Positions 1 through 13,267 of a stretch of DNA of 64,000 nt are shown piece by piece. The notes under the pieces were generated by a model, which was not told where the DNA came from, did no database searches, and was given only the letters and a program-made list of their open reading frames with translations. The DNA is taken from positions 117,614,001-117,678,000 of the forward strand of contig OZ024741.1 of the NCBI GenBank assembly GCA_964016885.1. The letters run 5' to 3'. The translations under genes and the position numbers were made by a program. Source of the stretch: Eledone cirrhosa. Its lineage: Eukaryota. Each line of letters starts with the position of its first letter. Position 1 is the stretch's first letter.

Positions 1-577
1 GGATAGCTCAACCAGGCTTTTATAATGCCCAAAACACGTGTCAGGATGGTGCATCTTTGATGTTATCAGGAATTAAGTCCGCCCCCTTTATGTTACAGTT
101 TATGATCTTATAGATCGATCAAAGAATCAGTTGTTTATTTATAAAAGGAAATAATAGACTATAATATGAAATTAAAAACATTTCAAGACATGACAACTTA
201 AGAAAAGATCTAAATTGTAGGACTTTTAGCAGTCACATTCCCTCTTCCTTTTTGCCAGCAACTCTAAGCAAAACTATTAATAATAATTGCATTGTAATTT
301 AATCATTCATATAACAAGATCATATACCTGTATAAGCTTGTTGCACCTGCAATTAAATCATTTTACAAATATTCAACAGCAGTCAATCTGAAACTTACCT
401 TGGTTGAAAGCTGTCTGTTACAATTACTCATAAGCTGACACTAAAATGTTTTATCATACATTATATATATAATATAATGTATATATATATATATATCATC
501 ATTTATTTTCATTTTCTGTGCTAGCATGGGTTAGATGGGTTGTCCCATTAGAGACAGGTTGGGTCAGGTGACCTTGT

Positions 578-619
<42 letters not shown>

Positions 620-621
<2 letters not shown>

Positions 622-950
622 GTGGTTAGAGCATTGGCCTTGCAATCAAAAGGTTGTGAGTTCAATTTTCAGACCGGATGATGTGTTGTTTCCTTGAGCA
701 AGACACTTTATTTCACATTGCTCCAGTTTACTCAGCTGTAGGAATGAGATGATAGGGACTGGGGTCCATATCATTCCACTGCAAAGTGGTCGTGGAGGTG
801 CCATGGCAAAAAAAAGCACCCAGCACTCACTGTAAATGAGGTTGGTGTTAGGAAGGGCATCCAGCTGTAGAAACCAAGCCAGAATCAGTTCCCCGTCCCA
901 CCCTTGCAAGCAGGGAAAAAGCGGACGTAAAATGAAATGATGATGAATGA
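620..950 (+). mobile_element. tRNA-headed SINE (CORE/V-like body) joined to RTE 3' UTR sequence
   Basis: Head gtggttagagc..gagttcaatt; body ccttgagcaagacact..cactcagctg; then sequence matching the RTE copy-1 3' UTR and a GAT tail. Confidence 0.7.
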
Positions 951-1659
951 TGATATATATATATATGTGTGTGTGTGTGTGTATGTGTATATATATATAT
1001 ATGGCGTTAGGAAAGGCATCCAGCTGTAGAAAACCAGCCAGAAACTCTCCTATGTGAACAAGACACTGTCGCCCGACCCAACTTGCCTCTAAATAGCACA
1101 AACCCATCTAACCCATGCTAGCGTGGAAGATAGACGTTAATCGATGATGATAATATATACTGATAGTCCTTAGCAAAATATCTATAACAGAGATTTAAAT
1201 ATACCTGAATCAACTGAATATGGCCTCCGATCTTTTAATAATAATATATACAGTGAAATTCATGGGGTAATGAAAAATACTTTATAACAAGATCGACCTA
1301 ACACATCCTGGAAAGATAAAAGGCAAACTCAGAAAGTAAAAATGGCATAACAAAATACTGCAAGGCATTTTGTCCAATGCTCTATCAATTCTGCGAATCC
1401 ACCATTCTTTAATATTTGTGTACACAATAAATCTCTGTTATTCAGTTGCAAAGGTTGGAAACCTTGGTATTTTGTAAGAAACAGACTTCACAAAAATTTG
1501 TCAATCCCAGTGCTTCTGACGGTGTTTTCCCCAACCGTACCAGAAACTTCAAGTTTGTTCATTAATCTGTGCTCATTGCTTGATGACCTGAAATAGAGGA
1601 TATGTATATAAAATTATGAAGAAAAAAGTTTGATCACTGCAGAGAGCTAAGATTACAGT

Positions 1660-1765
1660 TACATACTCCAGGGGGATTACTTTGAAGGAGAAAACTCTTA
1701 GTGTTTGGGTTTGAAATAAATCTTTTGTGACATCAGTCCTGGAACTTTTCTGACACACCTCGTAT
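1660..1765 (+). mobile_element. Mariner 3' end remnant
   Basis: Encodes GDYFEG, a typical mariner C-terminus, followed by a TIR-like ...gaacttttctgacacacctcg and TA. Confidence 0.6.
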
Positions 1766-1923
1766 ATATAATTGTGTATACCCTTTACTAATTTTTTCCT
1801 TGAAAAATATGAAAATAAAAATTCTTTGTAAACCAAAATTTATCAAAAGTTCATTTACTGTGCAGTAAGCAATTTTTATTTAGAATTTATAAATGACAAT
1901 TAAATCATAACATGTCAAACAAT

Positions 1924-2215
1924 ATGAAGCCACATTAGCGAGACATTCTTGAAAAGCCCTAAACAGCATTGTGACTACTATATTAAAAATTAAACTTTTT
2001 AGTTTACAGCAAATTTTCACAACAATCTGTCCACTAAAATACTGCAAACATTTGAATTAACTAACCACATGAAGCCACATTAGCTAGACATTCATGAAGA
2101 GCACAAACCAACACTATGACTGCATCACATAAAATTAAAGTCTTTAGTTTATTACAAATTTTTACATGGATCTGTCAACTAGTAAATATACTATAAATAT
2201 TTGAATTAACAAACC
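1924..2215. repeat. Tandem dimer (about 145 bp) of a dispersed unclassified repeat
   Basis: atgaagccacattagc.agacattc starts both units. Related sequence at about 14075-14210, 17700-17765 (-), 36545 and 40130. Confidence 0.75.
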
Positions 2216-2914
2216 TATTTTTAGTTATTTTCTGCTAAATCATTACAGGATGTTAAGAGTTAAAAGTAAACTATTTAAAAGAAAAAGAGAACAAAAGGGG
2301 GTAGGGTTAAACTCAACACCTTTCACTTGACAACATATGCCCTGTAAATAAGATGGCAAAAGTGTTGCCTTAAAGAACATCCAATGATATCTGCTCTTAC
2401 AGCCATTCCACTTGATGGGGCTCCTCTCTCAGGTATGGTGTCCCCATTCCAATAACTAAAGACACCTGTGGTTTCAATGGAGACTGTCCCAAAAAGGAAT
2501 CTGTCCGTAAATGCCTGGTATTTGGTCATTTCTATTCCTCTGTATTGCATGTGTTAGTGTTCAGGTATACTTCAAATTGTTGCTGACTTGATTATGTTGT
2601 TAAAACATCAATAAGTTAAGCATATTATTTTCTAGCTTGTCTGACTAACTAATCAATTCACGTAATATCTCTTACTATATTTGGAAACATAATAGCTGTA
2701 ACTTTAAGGTTCTAGACTACACACAGACTATATGGTCATAAGTTCAAATTCTACTACTGGTTGGACCTCAGAAATCCAACGCTATATGGTCCGGAAACTT
2801 TGATGATCCAGCACATGAATCTGCTTACTTGTATCATGTACTAGTATCTTTGGTTTTAAGCTTTGATTACACTAAACAATAAAAAAAAAGAGCCTCTTTG
2901 GAAGCATTATTAGT

Positions 2915-3115
2915 TGGTGGATAGGCAGTATCGGTAGAGAGTCGGACACCATGCTTTCCAGCATAGTTACGTCCCTTTACAGTCTGAGTTCAAATCCCGC
3001 TGAGGTTTACTTTGCCTTTCATCCTTATGGGGTTGATAAAATAAAGTACCAGGTAATAAAATAAAGTACACTGGGTAATTGCTGGCCTTGTGCCTAAAGT
3101 AGAAACAATTATTAG
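2915..3115 (+). mobile_element. tRNA-derived SINE, family A
   Basis: A box ggcagtatcgg, B box gagttcaaatcc, core gcctttcatcct..gataaaataaagtacc, tail gctggccttgtgcctaaagtagaaacaattatt. Confidence 0.88.
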
Positions 3116-3166
3116 TTGTATTATTTTCTATTTTAAGCATTGTTCTAATTTTGATAATACATCTCT

Positions 3167-3198
<32 letters not shown>

Positions 3199-3201
<3 letters not shown>

Positions 3202-3390
3202 CATTTAAGGCCATATGCAGTTGTATGTAAGTTTATTTCCATATCCATAATATTTTGTTGGGGTCAATGGCTAGGTAGTGCTCTTCCTACCCAATTCATC
3301 GGCCTGAGCTCATCACATGGTATACCAGTGAAATATATATCATGGCTTTGGAAATAAACTTATATGCAACTGCATATGGCCCTAAGTATA
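3199..3390. mobile_element. MITE-like element with about 45-bp imperfect terminal inverted repeats
   Basis: ggccatatgcagttgtatgtaagtttatttcca ... tggaaataaacttatatgcaactgcatatggcc, flanked by TA. Confidence 0.75.
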
Positions 3391-4859
3391 ATTAATATTC
3401 TATGATGCTCTGGCTTATACATGTTGTTGAGGGTTTAATTTTATATGCATCACATCCAACTGACTAATGTGGATTGCACATCCTTGGTCAGTTAACTCCC
3501 TATTAAAATTATATATATATCATCATCATTTTTTTACATCCGCTTTTCCCTGCTTGCAAGGGTGGGACAGGTCCTATTCAGCACAGCATCTCTCCACTTG
3601 TCACCGACCTTCGTCATATATATAAATGGAACAAGATGAAAAACTTTGATTACAAAGAGGCTGCCCTTAGGAATCAGTTTGTTTTCTGGCGTATTCTGTA
3701 GTCAGGCAATGACCTATTTGGTCCCAAGGTTGCTTGATATAAAAGATCCAGCCTGTAGTTTCATTGTAATAAAGCACACAGTAATTCAGTTTACGTCAGT
3801 TTACCTGACTGAGAAAAAACAAAAAGACTGGTTCTATTCTTACTTCACAGTTGAACAGTTAGCAGTGAGAAATGTATCTGTTGAATAACAACAACAATAA
3901 AAACAAACGAACAAAAAAAAAATTGCTTTAACAAAAGGCAACAAACTTTCTCAACCATGAAAGAGAAATTTTCTGTTTACCCTACATACAACTTCATCTA
4001 AAGGAAAGATAAATCCAACCTCAGCCAATTAATCAACCTATCCTGTGCATCAGGTGGCAGTGTTGTTGATTGGATATCTATGTTTTTCCCACTGTATGTT
4101 AAAAGCTTTGTGGAAGCATGAGGCCTAGTGGTAATGGTGTTGAACTCATGATTCCTGGACCAAACAGCTTGTTGTATTCTTGAGTAAAATACTTTATTTC
4201 ACATAGCTCCTTCTGCCAGGAGTTGTGACCAATAAATAGTACCAGCAATGAAAAGACCAATGGAAACATTGTCCCCTTGGTCCAATCTGACGATTGGAAA
4301 AAAGAAAGTTAAAAGCCTTCAGATCCTGCAGAATGGTTTGCTACTTTATGTCCCATCATCTTTCCTATCTTCTTCCTCCTCCTGCTGGTGTCTATCTCAC
4401 TGCTGTGTTTTTTATATACCAATGACCTGGCTGTTAGAGGATGTGTACCATCAGTCATGTTCTTCATTTCATTACCATGTCTTGGAGTATTTGCAGTGAT
4501 GCTCTTCTTAACACTTCTTTACTGATCTGATCATAATAGAAACTTATCATATAGAAAGAAAATTCATCCTACACTTGCATTATTATGTAAAGTACTACAA
4601 TTCAACGATTTTGTAGCAAAAGGTCTGGATTTAATAAGCATGCTGAATAAAACTTACATCCTCATAAAAATTGATTTTTGCATAGATTTTTACGATGACT
4701 GGACGGTTTCAACATCTGTGTTATTGATTTTTTACTTTTTATGTTTATTCTCTGAAATCATGTTTAATGAAATACCATGTTTACCATAAACTCTTGGTGA
4801 TTCACTCAATATTAATTCATTAGTTCAGTTCTCTTTTTCCTCTTCTATTTCTCTTCTCT

Positions 4860-5250
4860 TTTGAATGAGAATAAAAGGGATTTGGTGGACGAGCAGTGTA
4901 TTGCTGAGAGAAAGGAAGACAAAAGATGAATTGCAGGGGATGATGGGAAAGAGCCAGTGGTCAATTTTATGGAGATAAATAGAATGTGATGGCTGGGTCA
5001 GGTGTTGAAGAAGGATGAAAGTGAGGAGTATGAGATGTGATGGAGGCAGAGGAAAGGGAAAATGAGATGTGATGAATGTGGAGGGAGGCAGAGGAAAAGG
5101 AAAACCAAGAAAGTCATGGCTAAAAATGATGGAGGAGGAAATAAAGGCTAAACGATTGGTGAGACGATACAGATGATAATGAAAACTGGAGAAACTTGTA
5201 GGTTTTGCAAGGCTAAACACTGCTTTAGCAAGGAAGATAGCTTTAAAACA
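4860..5250 (+). mobile_element. Decayed RTE 3' fragment
   Basis: Encodes WLGQVLKKD...VEGGRGKGKPRKSW, a typical RTE C-terminal signature. Confidence 0.55.
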
Positions 5251-5774
5251 CTTATTGCTCTTCTACCATTCATTCATTACTTTAGCAATGAAAGAATTTT
5301 CAGTTGAGACATTTATTAACTCCAATAGTCAAAACCTTTCTGTCAAATAATCCTTTGTATGCCTAGAACAATTTCATAATGTACCTAAATCAACAAGCTC
5401 AACACTAAGGAGTTGATCCTAGCATGATAGGGGTTCATTCAACCCAGAATATTTAACTATTTTGCTATCAAACTGCCACTTTGAATGGCCCTACATTGTA
5501 CGTTTATTCTGAGCTTGGAGTCAACTAGATTACAGATTGATATTTTAATAGAGAATGTATTCAGAATAATAATAAAAAAATCTAATGTTAATCATCTGTC
5601 AAATACGTTACAGTTATTTTTGAAAATAGCCGCCCTGACAATTAATCAGTCCGTTAGTATCTTCCAAATGTTTCAATGGTTTGATCTGGCTGGCAGCAGT
5701 TTCTATGTACACTTCCTGCTTTTATGCTTGCTATTGAAACCAAAACACAGAACTGTTTTTGTTTTCCACATGAT

Positions 5775-5836
5775 CTCTCTCTCTCTCTCTCGCACTCATC
5801 CCCTCTATCTCTCTCAGCCTCTCTCTCTCTCTCAGC

Positions 5837-5868
<32 letters not shown>

Positions 5869-6100
5869 GTCTCTCTTTCTCTCTCTCTCTCTCTCAGCCT
5901 GTCTCTCTTTCTCTCTCTCTCTCTCTCTCTCAGCCTGTCTCTCTTTCTCTCTCAGCCTGTCTCTCTTTCTCTCTCTGTCTGTTCTGAATATAAATTCAAA
6001 TCTGTTTCTAACAGCTGATGAATATATTAATAAGATGATTGGCTGATAACAATAACAACAGCAATAATAATAATAATAATAATAATAACAATAATAATAC
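5775..6100. repeat. Compound (CT)n with cagcctgt interruptions, then (TAA)n
   Basis: Seen directly. Other long microsatellites: (CT)n 7705-7778, 8423-8476 and 61998-62079; (CA)n 41191-41320 and 58434-58536; many (TA)n. Confidence 0.95.
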
Positions 6101-6774
6101 ATCATCCATCAGCATTTGCCCTTTATATTGTCATAATAGCAACCATTCTGCCATGCTGGTGTGTGGGTGTGTTGCTTGGTAATCCGTTACAGTCAACTAC
6201 CGGCACTACCGTTTGAAATATTACTCCCCCTCTTAAAAGAAACGTATTTTATAAATACCTAAGAAATATATCTCTCTCTCTATATACATATTGTGAATTA
6301 TGGTGACGTACCAAAAATATACTAAAGAGGTATTGATAATGTTGCTTTTATTATTAGCATTATTTTTTCTGTGTGCTTTTTTTTATTTTTCCTATACAAA
6401 ATCCATGGTTTCTTGCGTATTATTTCAAATATTCCATATGCTGTTTTTATATTTCTTTGTTTACAACACCTACTGAAGTTCTTTTCTCATCTAAACTCCT
6501 CATATCTTAACAGGGCCAACCTTTCTTTGTCAAGAATCATTCAAATATCTTGGGTAGGCCGGTGGTTGTTTGATTTTCTTTGATTGTTGTTATTTATATA
6601 TTTCAGTATTAAGGATGTCATTTTAAGTTCAAAATATCAGTTATTGTTATTATTTTATTATTTTTTATATTATTATTTTTATCATTTTCATTATTATTCT
6701 GAGTATTATTTCTTCTTTTTTCTTTTTCTTTTTTCTTTTTCTTCTTCCTCTTCTTCTTTACTATTATTATTAAT

Positions 6775-7305
6775 TGGTAGTATTGGTAGAGTATCGGACA
6801 ACATGCTTTGTGGCATAGTCACGACCGTCTACATTCTGAGTTCAAATTCCCCCAAGGTTAGCTTTGCTTTTCATCCTTACGGGGTCAATAAAGCACTAGT
6901 TACGCACTGGAGTCAATTTGGTTGACTTTCCCCTCTCCCTCAACATTGCTGGCCTGGTGCCTAAATCAGAAACTATTATTATTATTATTATTGTTGTTTA
7001 GGCAATTACCCAGTGCATTACCGATAAAATAAAGTACCAGTAATGCACTGGGTAATTGCTGGCCTTGTGTCTAAAGTAGAAACAATTATTATTATTGTTA
7101 TTAAAGGGGCGGTGGATTGGCAGTATCGGTAGAGGGTCGGACGTCATGCTTTGATGCATAGGGTTACGGCCCTTGCCATTCTGAGTTCAAATTCTGCCGA
7201 GATTAACTTTGCCTTTCATCCTTACGGGATCGATAAAATAAAGTGCCAGTAATGCACTGGGTAATTGCTGGCCTTGTGCCAAAATAGAAACAATTATTAT
7301 TGTTG
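6775..7305 (+). mobile_element. Head-to-tail array of three family A SINEs
   Basis: Copies at about 6775-6985, 7022-7095 (truncated) and 7106-7300, each following the (ATT)n tail of the previous copy. Confidence 0.88.
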
Positions 7306-7702
7306 TTAATTTTATTATTATTTAACCTGTTGAGAATTTATGATTCATGTTCAAAAGTTATAAAAAGTTTTCTTTTGCACTAATGCATTGAATTAAAAGT
7401 TTGGTGTATTTGTGTGTGTGTACATATGCAAATATATCATCGTTTTTATGTTCACCTTTACTTTAACATTGGCTGAATGGGAACTTTTAAAAGTGTTTTA
7501 AAAGTTGTTCTTCCTGACACCAACACATCTTAGTCATCTCTTAGTACATGCAGAGTCACAGTGTACCTATTCCCCAAACTGGCATACTTATTGGTAATAT
7601 GTACTCTATACACTTGTCTAGAAGTCTCACCTTTTCCCATGAAAGTGTAATGTGAAAATTCAGTATTTACATATTTACCAGCGTGACTTACAAACTAGTG
7701 TT

Positions 7703-7784
<82 letters not shown>

Positions 7785-8239
7785 GTCTGTGTGTAAATGA
7801 CTTCTATGGTACTAGAACTGTTTCATTCATATGAATCCATATAATCTCAAACAGTTCTAGTCTCATAGAAGTCATTTCTATATAAATTAAAGATGCCTAC
7901 ACTCTACCAGCGTTTTGAGTACCTTTTTTCAAACTGATATGTATATTAATATATATATATTCTAACTACCAAGAGAATATGAGAACAAACATGTTTTAAT
8001 ATTTGATAAGATTGACATACCTATCAAAACTAGTAATAATTGACATTTAAATCCATCTAATGAAACAGTTATAAGAATATTCATGCTGCCAGATTAAAGA
8101 AAAATAATCTTTAAATATATATATATGTTTTTCACTTTTACTTTTTACCTATAACTTTTGATTTATATGGAACTTTACCACCTTTTCCAACTATATATAT
8201 GTATATATTTGATTTTATATATGTGTATATATATATATA

Positions 8240-8420
8240 TAATTGTTTCTACTTTTGGCACAAGGCCAGCAATTACCCAGTGCATTACTGGTACTTTATT
8301 TTATCGACCCCGTAAGGATGAAAGTCAACGTCGGCGGGATTTGAACTCAGATGGTAAAGGGACGTAACTATGCTGGAAAGCATGTCGTCTGACCCTCTAC
8401 TGATACTGCCAATCCACTGC

Positions 8421-8422
<2 letters not shown>
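8240..8422 (-). mobile_element. Family A SINE
   Basis: Reverse complement of the family A consensus, between (TA)n and (CT)n tracts. Confidence 0.88.
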
Positions 8423-8480
<58 letters not shown>

Positions 8481-10639
8481 ATGTGTGTGTGTGTGTATAG
8501 CCCATCTGGGGTTACATGTCCTTACATACATATCTAAGGCTACATTATCACAAGTATCCCCCCCCCCTTTTTTTTTTAAAAAGGTGATTGGGTGTGGTCT
8601 AGCTTGTTGCATAGTGGCTGTTTCTAGCAGGTTGAATGACCAAATTATGACTCCTATTGGTTTCAGGTTGACTGGATTGACTCAACTGCTTCCTGTAATA
8701 TCTAGCTTTGTACCTAATTAAAAGAAATTGTTATGTTATACAGTTATCCACTTCCAGTCGGTTGTATTTATGTGTATAAAATCTGTTGTGTTGATAATCC
8801 TTAGTTATTACCTCACCATATACATACATTATACTATACACACGTCTCATATTTGTTTGTATATGATAAATTATAAAGAAATACAATATAGAACATTACA
8901 GATTTATAGTATATTCTGGTGGTATCAAAGAAACCAATAAAGAACTTTATGAATTATTGAAGTGCTGGGAGTGAGTCCCAAACACAGAAAATAACTCTAA
9001 TAACAGTCTATCACTATTTAAGAAAATTGAGTAAATTACCTTTAGAGACAGAAAAAAAATGAACAAATGCTTCTTCATAGGAACCACAGTCAACTTTTTT
9101 TCTATCTCTGAGAGTTATTTACCCAATTCTTTCAAATATCTATAGTGTATACATAGTTGATCTCTCAGACTTTTATGAGGGGATAAAGAGCAGTGTGCTC
9201 ATGTGTGGAGATGCTATAAAATAGGGTGAAGACCCTTGAAGACTGAAAAAGAAGTTGACATTGACTGCTATGAGGAATTGAACCCTGTATCTCAACACAG
9301 CTTAGATACCAGCTTGGAATTTGAAAGTTGAGCTGGGGAATCCCTATCCCTGGATAGTCCTATTCTATGTACTGTCAGTTAGAGCCTTAGACTCATGTAT
9401 TGTAGGATTATGAGGCCCTGTTTTAATGATTATCATTAACTATTCCCTTACTGCACCTAATGATATTCGTGATGGATCCACCAGTTTCACCATTGATAAT
9501 TCAGGTTTTTTGATCAACTAGTGAATTAACATGTAATCATCATCAGCATCATCATCATACTATAAGTGGTTGAGTATTTCACAGACATATGTATCCTAAA
9601 TATAATTCCCAAACCATATCAGTGTAACACAATATATGGCATGGTTCGACCTTTGAATTTCAGATATATTCCATCTTGTATTGTAATGTAAGTGGTTGGG
9701 TTGAGTATTCCACAGTCACATGTACCTTTAATGTAATTCCCAAGCCGAATAAATATGGCACACAATATGTGACAAGGCTGGACCTTTTGAGTTACAGATA
9801 CAATTCATCCAATCGGTTTCCAAACAGTTTCTGTCTATCCGATTTCACTCATAGTGCTTGAGTAGACCTGAGGCTAAAGATATTTGCCCAAGATATCACT
9901 CAGTAAGACCAAACTTCAGAATCCATTATTATAAAGAAAACATCATACCCACACAACCGGGTCTGCACCCTCACTGCTCTTAGTTTCTTGGTAGCTGTAC
10001 TGTTACCAAGTAACTAAGAGGTGAGAAGGGTGGGTACAATTTGAGGGTTGGTTGTTGGGGTGTGCAGAACTAACTAGAAAATAAATGTGTGACTTGATTG
10101 GTTTTACAGTTCCGGTATGAAATGTTCTCACAGGAGATTTATCTCAGCAATACTATACTTACTCAACTAGAACTATTTAAGTCGTGCTATGATGGAAAAC
10201 CAACCAATTGTGGAAAATTAGAATAATAAAATTAAAAAAAGGAATTGTATAATAATAGTTGATCAGACCTCTCTCTCCCATTTTTACCTTTTTTCTCTTC
10301 CCTCTCTTTTTCTACCTCTCCTCCAATTCTCTCCTCTCTCCTTCTTTACCTCCCCATTTCTCTCTCTCTCTCTTCCCTCTATTTTCTACCTCTCTTTCTT
10401 TCTCTCCCTAATACTAATAGTATTGATATTTAAACCAATTTGATTTGTGTAACAAAATTAGATTTTATATATTCATATATGCACATGAATATGCACACAC
10501 ACTAAACATTCGTTTTAATCCCAAATTGTTATACAGTGAGAGTAACAACCATAAAAGAGAACTGTTTATACTTAGAGAAGAATGGATACTGAGTATGATG
10601 TGCATATTGTGTTTTAAACAAAGTACTAGAAATTTTGAA

Positions 10640-11045
10640 CAGAACACAGACCTCCACTACTACTATTGTGGTTAGGTTTGAACTAACTTGGCACACAAAC
10701 CCCCATAAGTGCCTTTGTGGAGATCTGGTTGGTTTAAAATATCTTAATACACAGCCCTCCAGTACTACTTTTGTGGACCCCAACTGAACACACAGACTCC
10801 CAGTACTGTCTTTGTGGAACCCTGGTTGGGTTTGAACCAACTTAGCACACAGACCTCAAGCAATACCTTTGTGGAACCCAGGTTGTATTTCAACTTAGAA
10901 CAGACTCCTAGTACTGCCTTTGTGGATCTCATGCTGGGGTTGAACATAGCTCACAAATGCTTAGTATCGGCTTTGTGGGGCCCAGGTTGTTTGAACATAG
11001 CTCATAAACGCCCAGTATTGCATTTGGGGAGCTCAGGTTGGGAAC
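10640..11045. repeat. Degenerate minisatellite, unit about 55 bp, 7-8 copies
   Basis: Recurring cacaga..ccagtact..ctttgtgga..caggttg..ttgaac. Confidence 0.8.
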
Positions 11046-11771
11046 CACTGAACTATAATCACTCTCATGAAACTTGTATCAATACTCATATTTGTAGCTT
11101 TATTGCCATGAAAGCTGAGGACATAATATATTCTAATTCTTTTGATACCAAGCCACCTGGGACTACTCCTAGATCCATGAGGCTAAGCTATTTATTGAAA
11201 AGTATTTCTATTTATCTAAGAACCTTTTACCATGATTTTATGGAGGAACCTTTAATTTCAAACACCAGCTTAGCGATGTAAAAGTTAACTATTATTAAAT
11301 CCCTTCAAGTTGTTTGTTTTCAAAACTATTTGAAAATTATAAGCATTAGAAATATGGTAATTATTTTATGTTAGAACCATTTTAAAATTATTTTCCAAAT
11401 ACAAGCTTAATAAGGTAAAAGTTAGTTATTCTACTAAATCCCTTCAAATCGTTTATTTTTCAAAGTTACTTGAAAATCATAGGCAGTGTCTTTCAATAGA
11501 CATATGGTAACAAAAGGGTTAATTAAAAGAAAATGAATAGTCTATGATACTTTGAACAATAACATTCAGGTCAGTTAAGCTAAGAGAAATCAAAAAGAAT
11601 TTATATCTACTACTTCCTCTCAAGAGTGCTTAATTAAAACATAGTCTTATAGACAAAGCTATTGAGAACTGCAGGTTGGTTGAACAAATACTGTGAAGTT
11701 GAGGTCAATTATGGTCAGAGAAACAAAAAAGATATCAGAAGTGGTATTTTATACAAACATAAGAGTGCTTT

Positions 11772-12065
11772 AAACCTAGCAATGTCACCACCAACATTAA
11801 AAAGAATTAAACTGAGATTCAGCTATTAGGGTCACAGAAATTAAACAACAATGTTACCACTAACATTAAACAGAATTAAATCAAGGTTCAACTATTAGAG
11901 TCACAAAAGTTAAAATTAACACTGACGCCACCAGTTAAGAGTTAAACTATTAACTAGGGTCAAAGTAGGTAAACCTAGCAATGACACCACCAACATTAAA
12001 CAAAATTAAAACCTGGAATCAGCTATTATAGTCAAAATAGGTAACTTAACATTGACACTGCCAAT
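11772..12065. repeat. Degenerate tandem repeat, unit about 65-70 bp
   Basis: Recurring caatg.caccaccaacattaaa..aattaaa..cagctatta.ggtca. Confidence 0.75.
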
Positions 12066-13267
12066 ATTTACCCTTTTGATACCAACCCACCTGAAACTGC
12101 CTCTGATTTTAGCAAAAAATGTTTATAGTTAAATTAAACCCTTCCATCCTAATTTTATGCTATTATCTCTCATTATGTTCTAAACGCCACCTTAATAATA
12201 ACAACGTTAATTATTTTCCTAAATCTGTCCATATTCATTATTACTTTCAAAATTAATGAAAACAAATAGATTGTGTACTTCATTAGAAATATGTCCATGA
12301 AATGGTTAAACAGAATTATAGCTATTAGGGTGAAACTAAGTAAACTTTGTAATTTGGACGAATGTGAAAGGTAAGAAATATTCACAATATTAAACAAAGA
12401 AATATACACCACATAAATGTATTTTATTTGAATAGAAATTATCATTAATTTTATTTTTATAATTATCAAAAGGGCAGTGGATTGGCAGGATTGTTTGAAC
12501 ATCGAACAAAATGATATGCAGTCTTTCTTCCAACTATATACATTCAGAGTTTTAAAATCCTATTGAGGTCAACTTAACCTTTTGTCCTAGAATCAATAAG
12601 ATATAGTACCATCAAGTACTGGAATCGATTTAACCAATTTTCTCTTCCTTCCAAATTGCTGGACTTATACCTAAATTAGAAACTATAATTATAATTTTCA
12701 ATTTATTGGTGTGTGTAAACAGGTTAATGTTAGGAAGGACATCCAGCTGAAGAAAACCATGCCAAACAAAGGTTTGAAAGGACTCTTCAGTTGTGTCAAG
12801 GATATGACAACTTCCCTAATGATGGTGCCACTATAAAATGTACCCACTACATTCTCTAAAATGGTTGATGACAGGAAGGGCACCCAGCTATAGAAGCTAT
12901 GCCAAAACTAAAACATGTTAGTAAACTGTGGCACCTGGCCCATCTGAGAGGACAGTAACTCCAATAAAGTACTGACTTGGTCGATGATGATGATGATGAG
13001 TTAATTTTCAAAATATCATTATGAATATATTGTCATTATCATATAGTACTGCTAAGCTTTCTGTGACTCTGAAAAAAAAATTAGATATTTTTCTAAGTGA
13101 TAATGATGTTGTTGAAGATCATTGTTTCTTAATATTAAGTTAATTACATCCTGAGATTATGGATGAGCTGGTTGGCAAACTTACTGGGCAACTGGTGAAG
13201 TGGCTAGCAGTTCATATCCTGTGACCGACAGCCACTGTGTCGTGTGTTGTGTCCATGACTAAGACAC

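Noticed and set aside
30-90. Promoter (CACGTG and CCGCCC motifs)
   Set aside because: Short motifs are expected by chance; no CpG island or first exon is visible.
2323-2550. 75-aa minus-strand ORF with elevated GC
   Set aside because: No recognisable motif or convincing splice sites; probably a decayed TE or chance.
2915-3010. tRNA gene
   Set aside because: The A and B boxes belong to a multicopy SINE head; there is no cloverleaf or terminator.
5485-6105. ORFs rich in SL, RE and Y repeats
   Set aside because: They are translations of (CT)n and (TAA)n microsatellites. The same applies to the HT/CV/YI ORFs at 41168-41423 and 58331-58594.
10640-11045. CRISPR-like periodic array
   Set aside because: The context is eukaryotic, units are degenerate along their whole length, and there are no unique spacers or cas genes.
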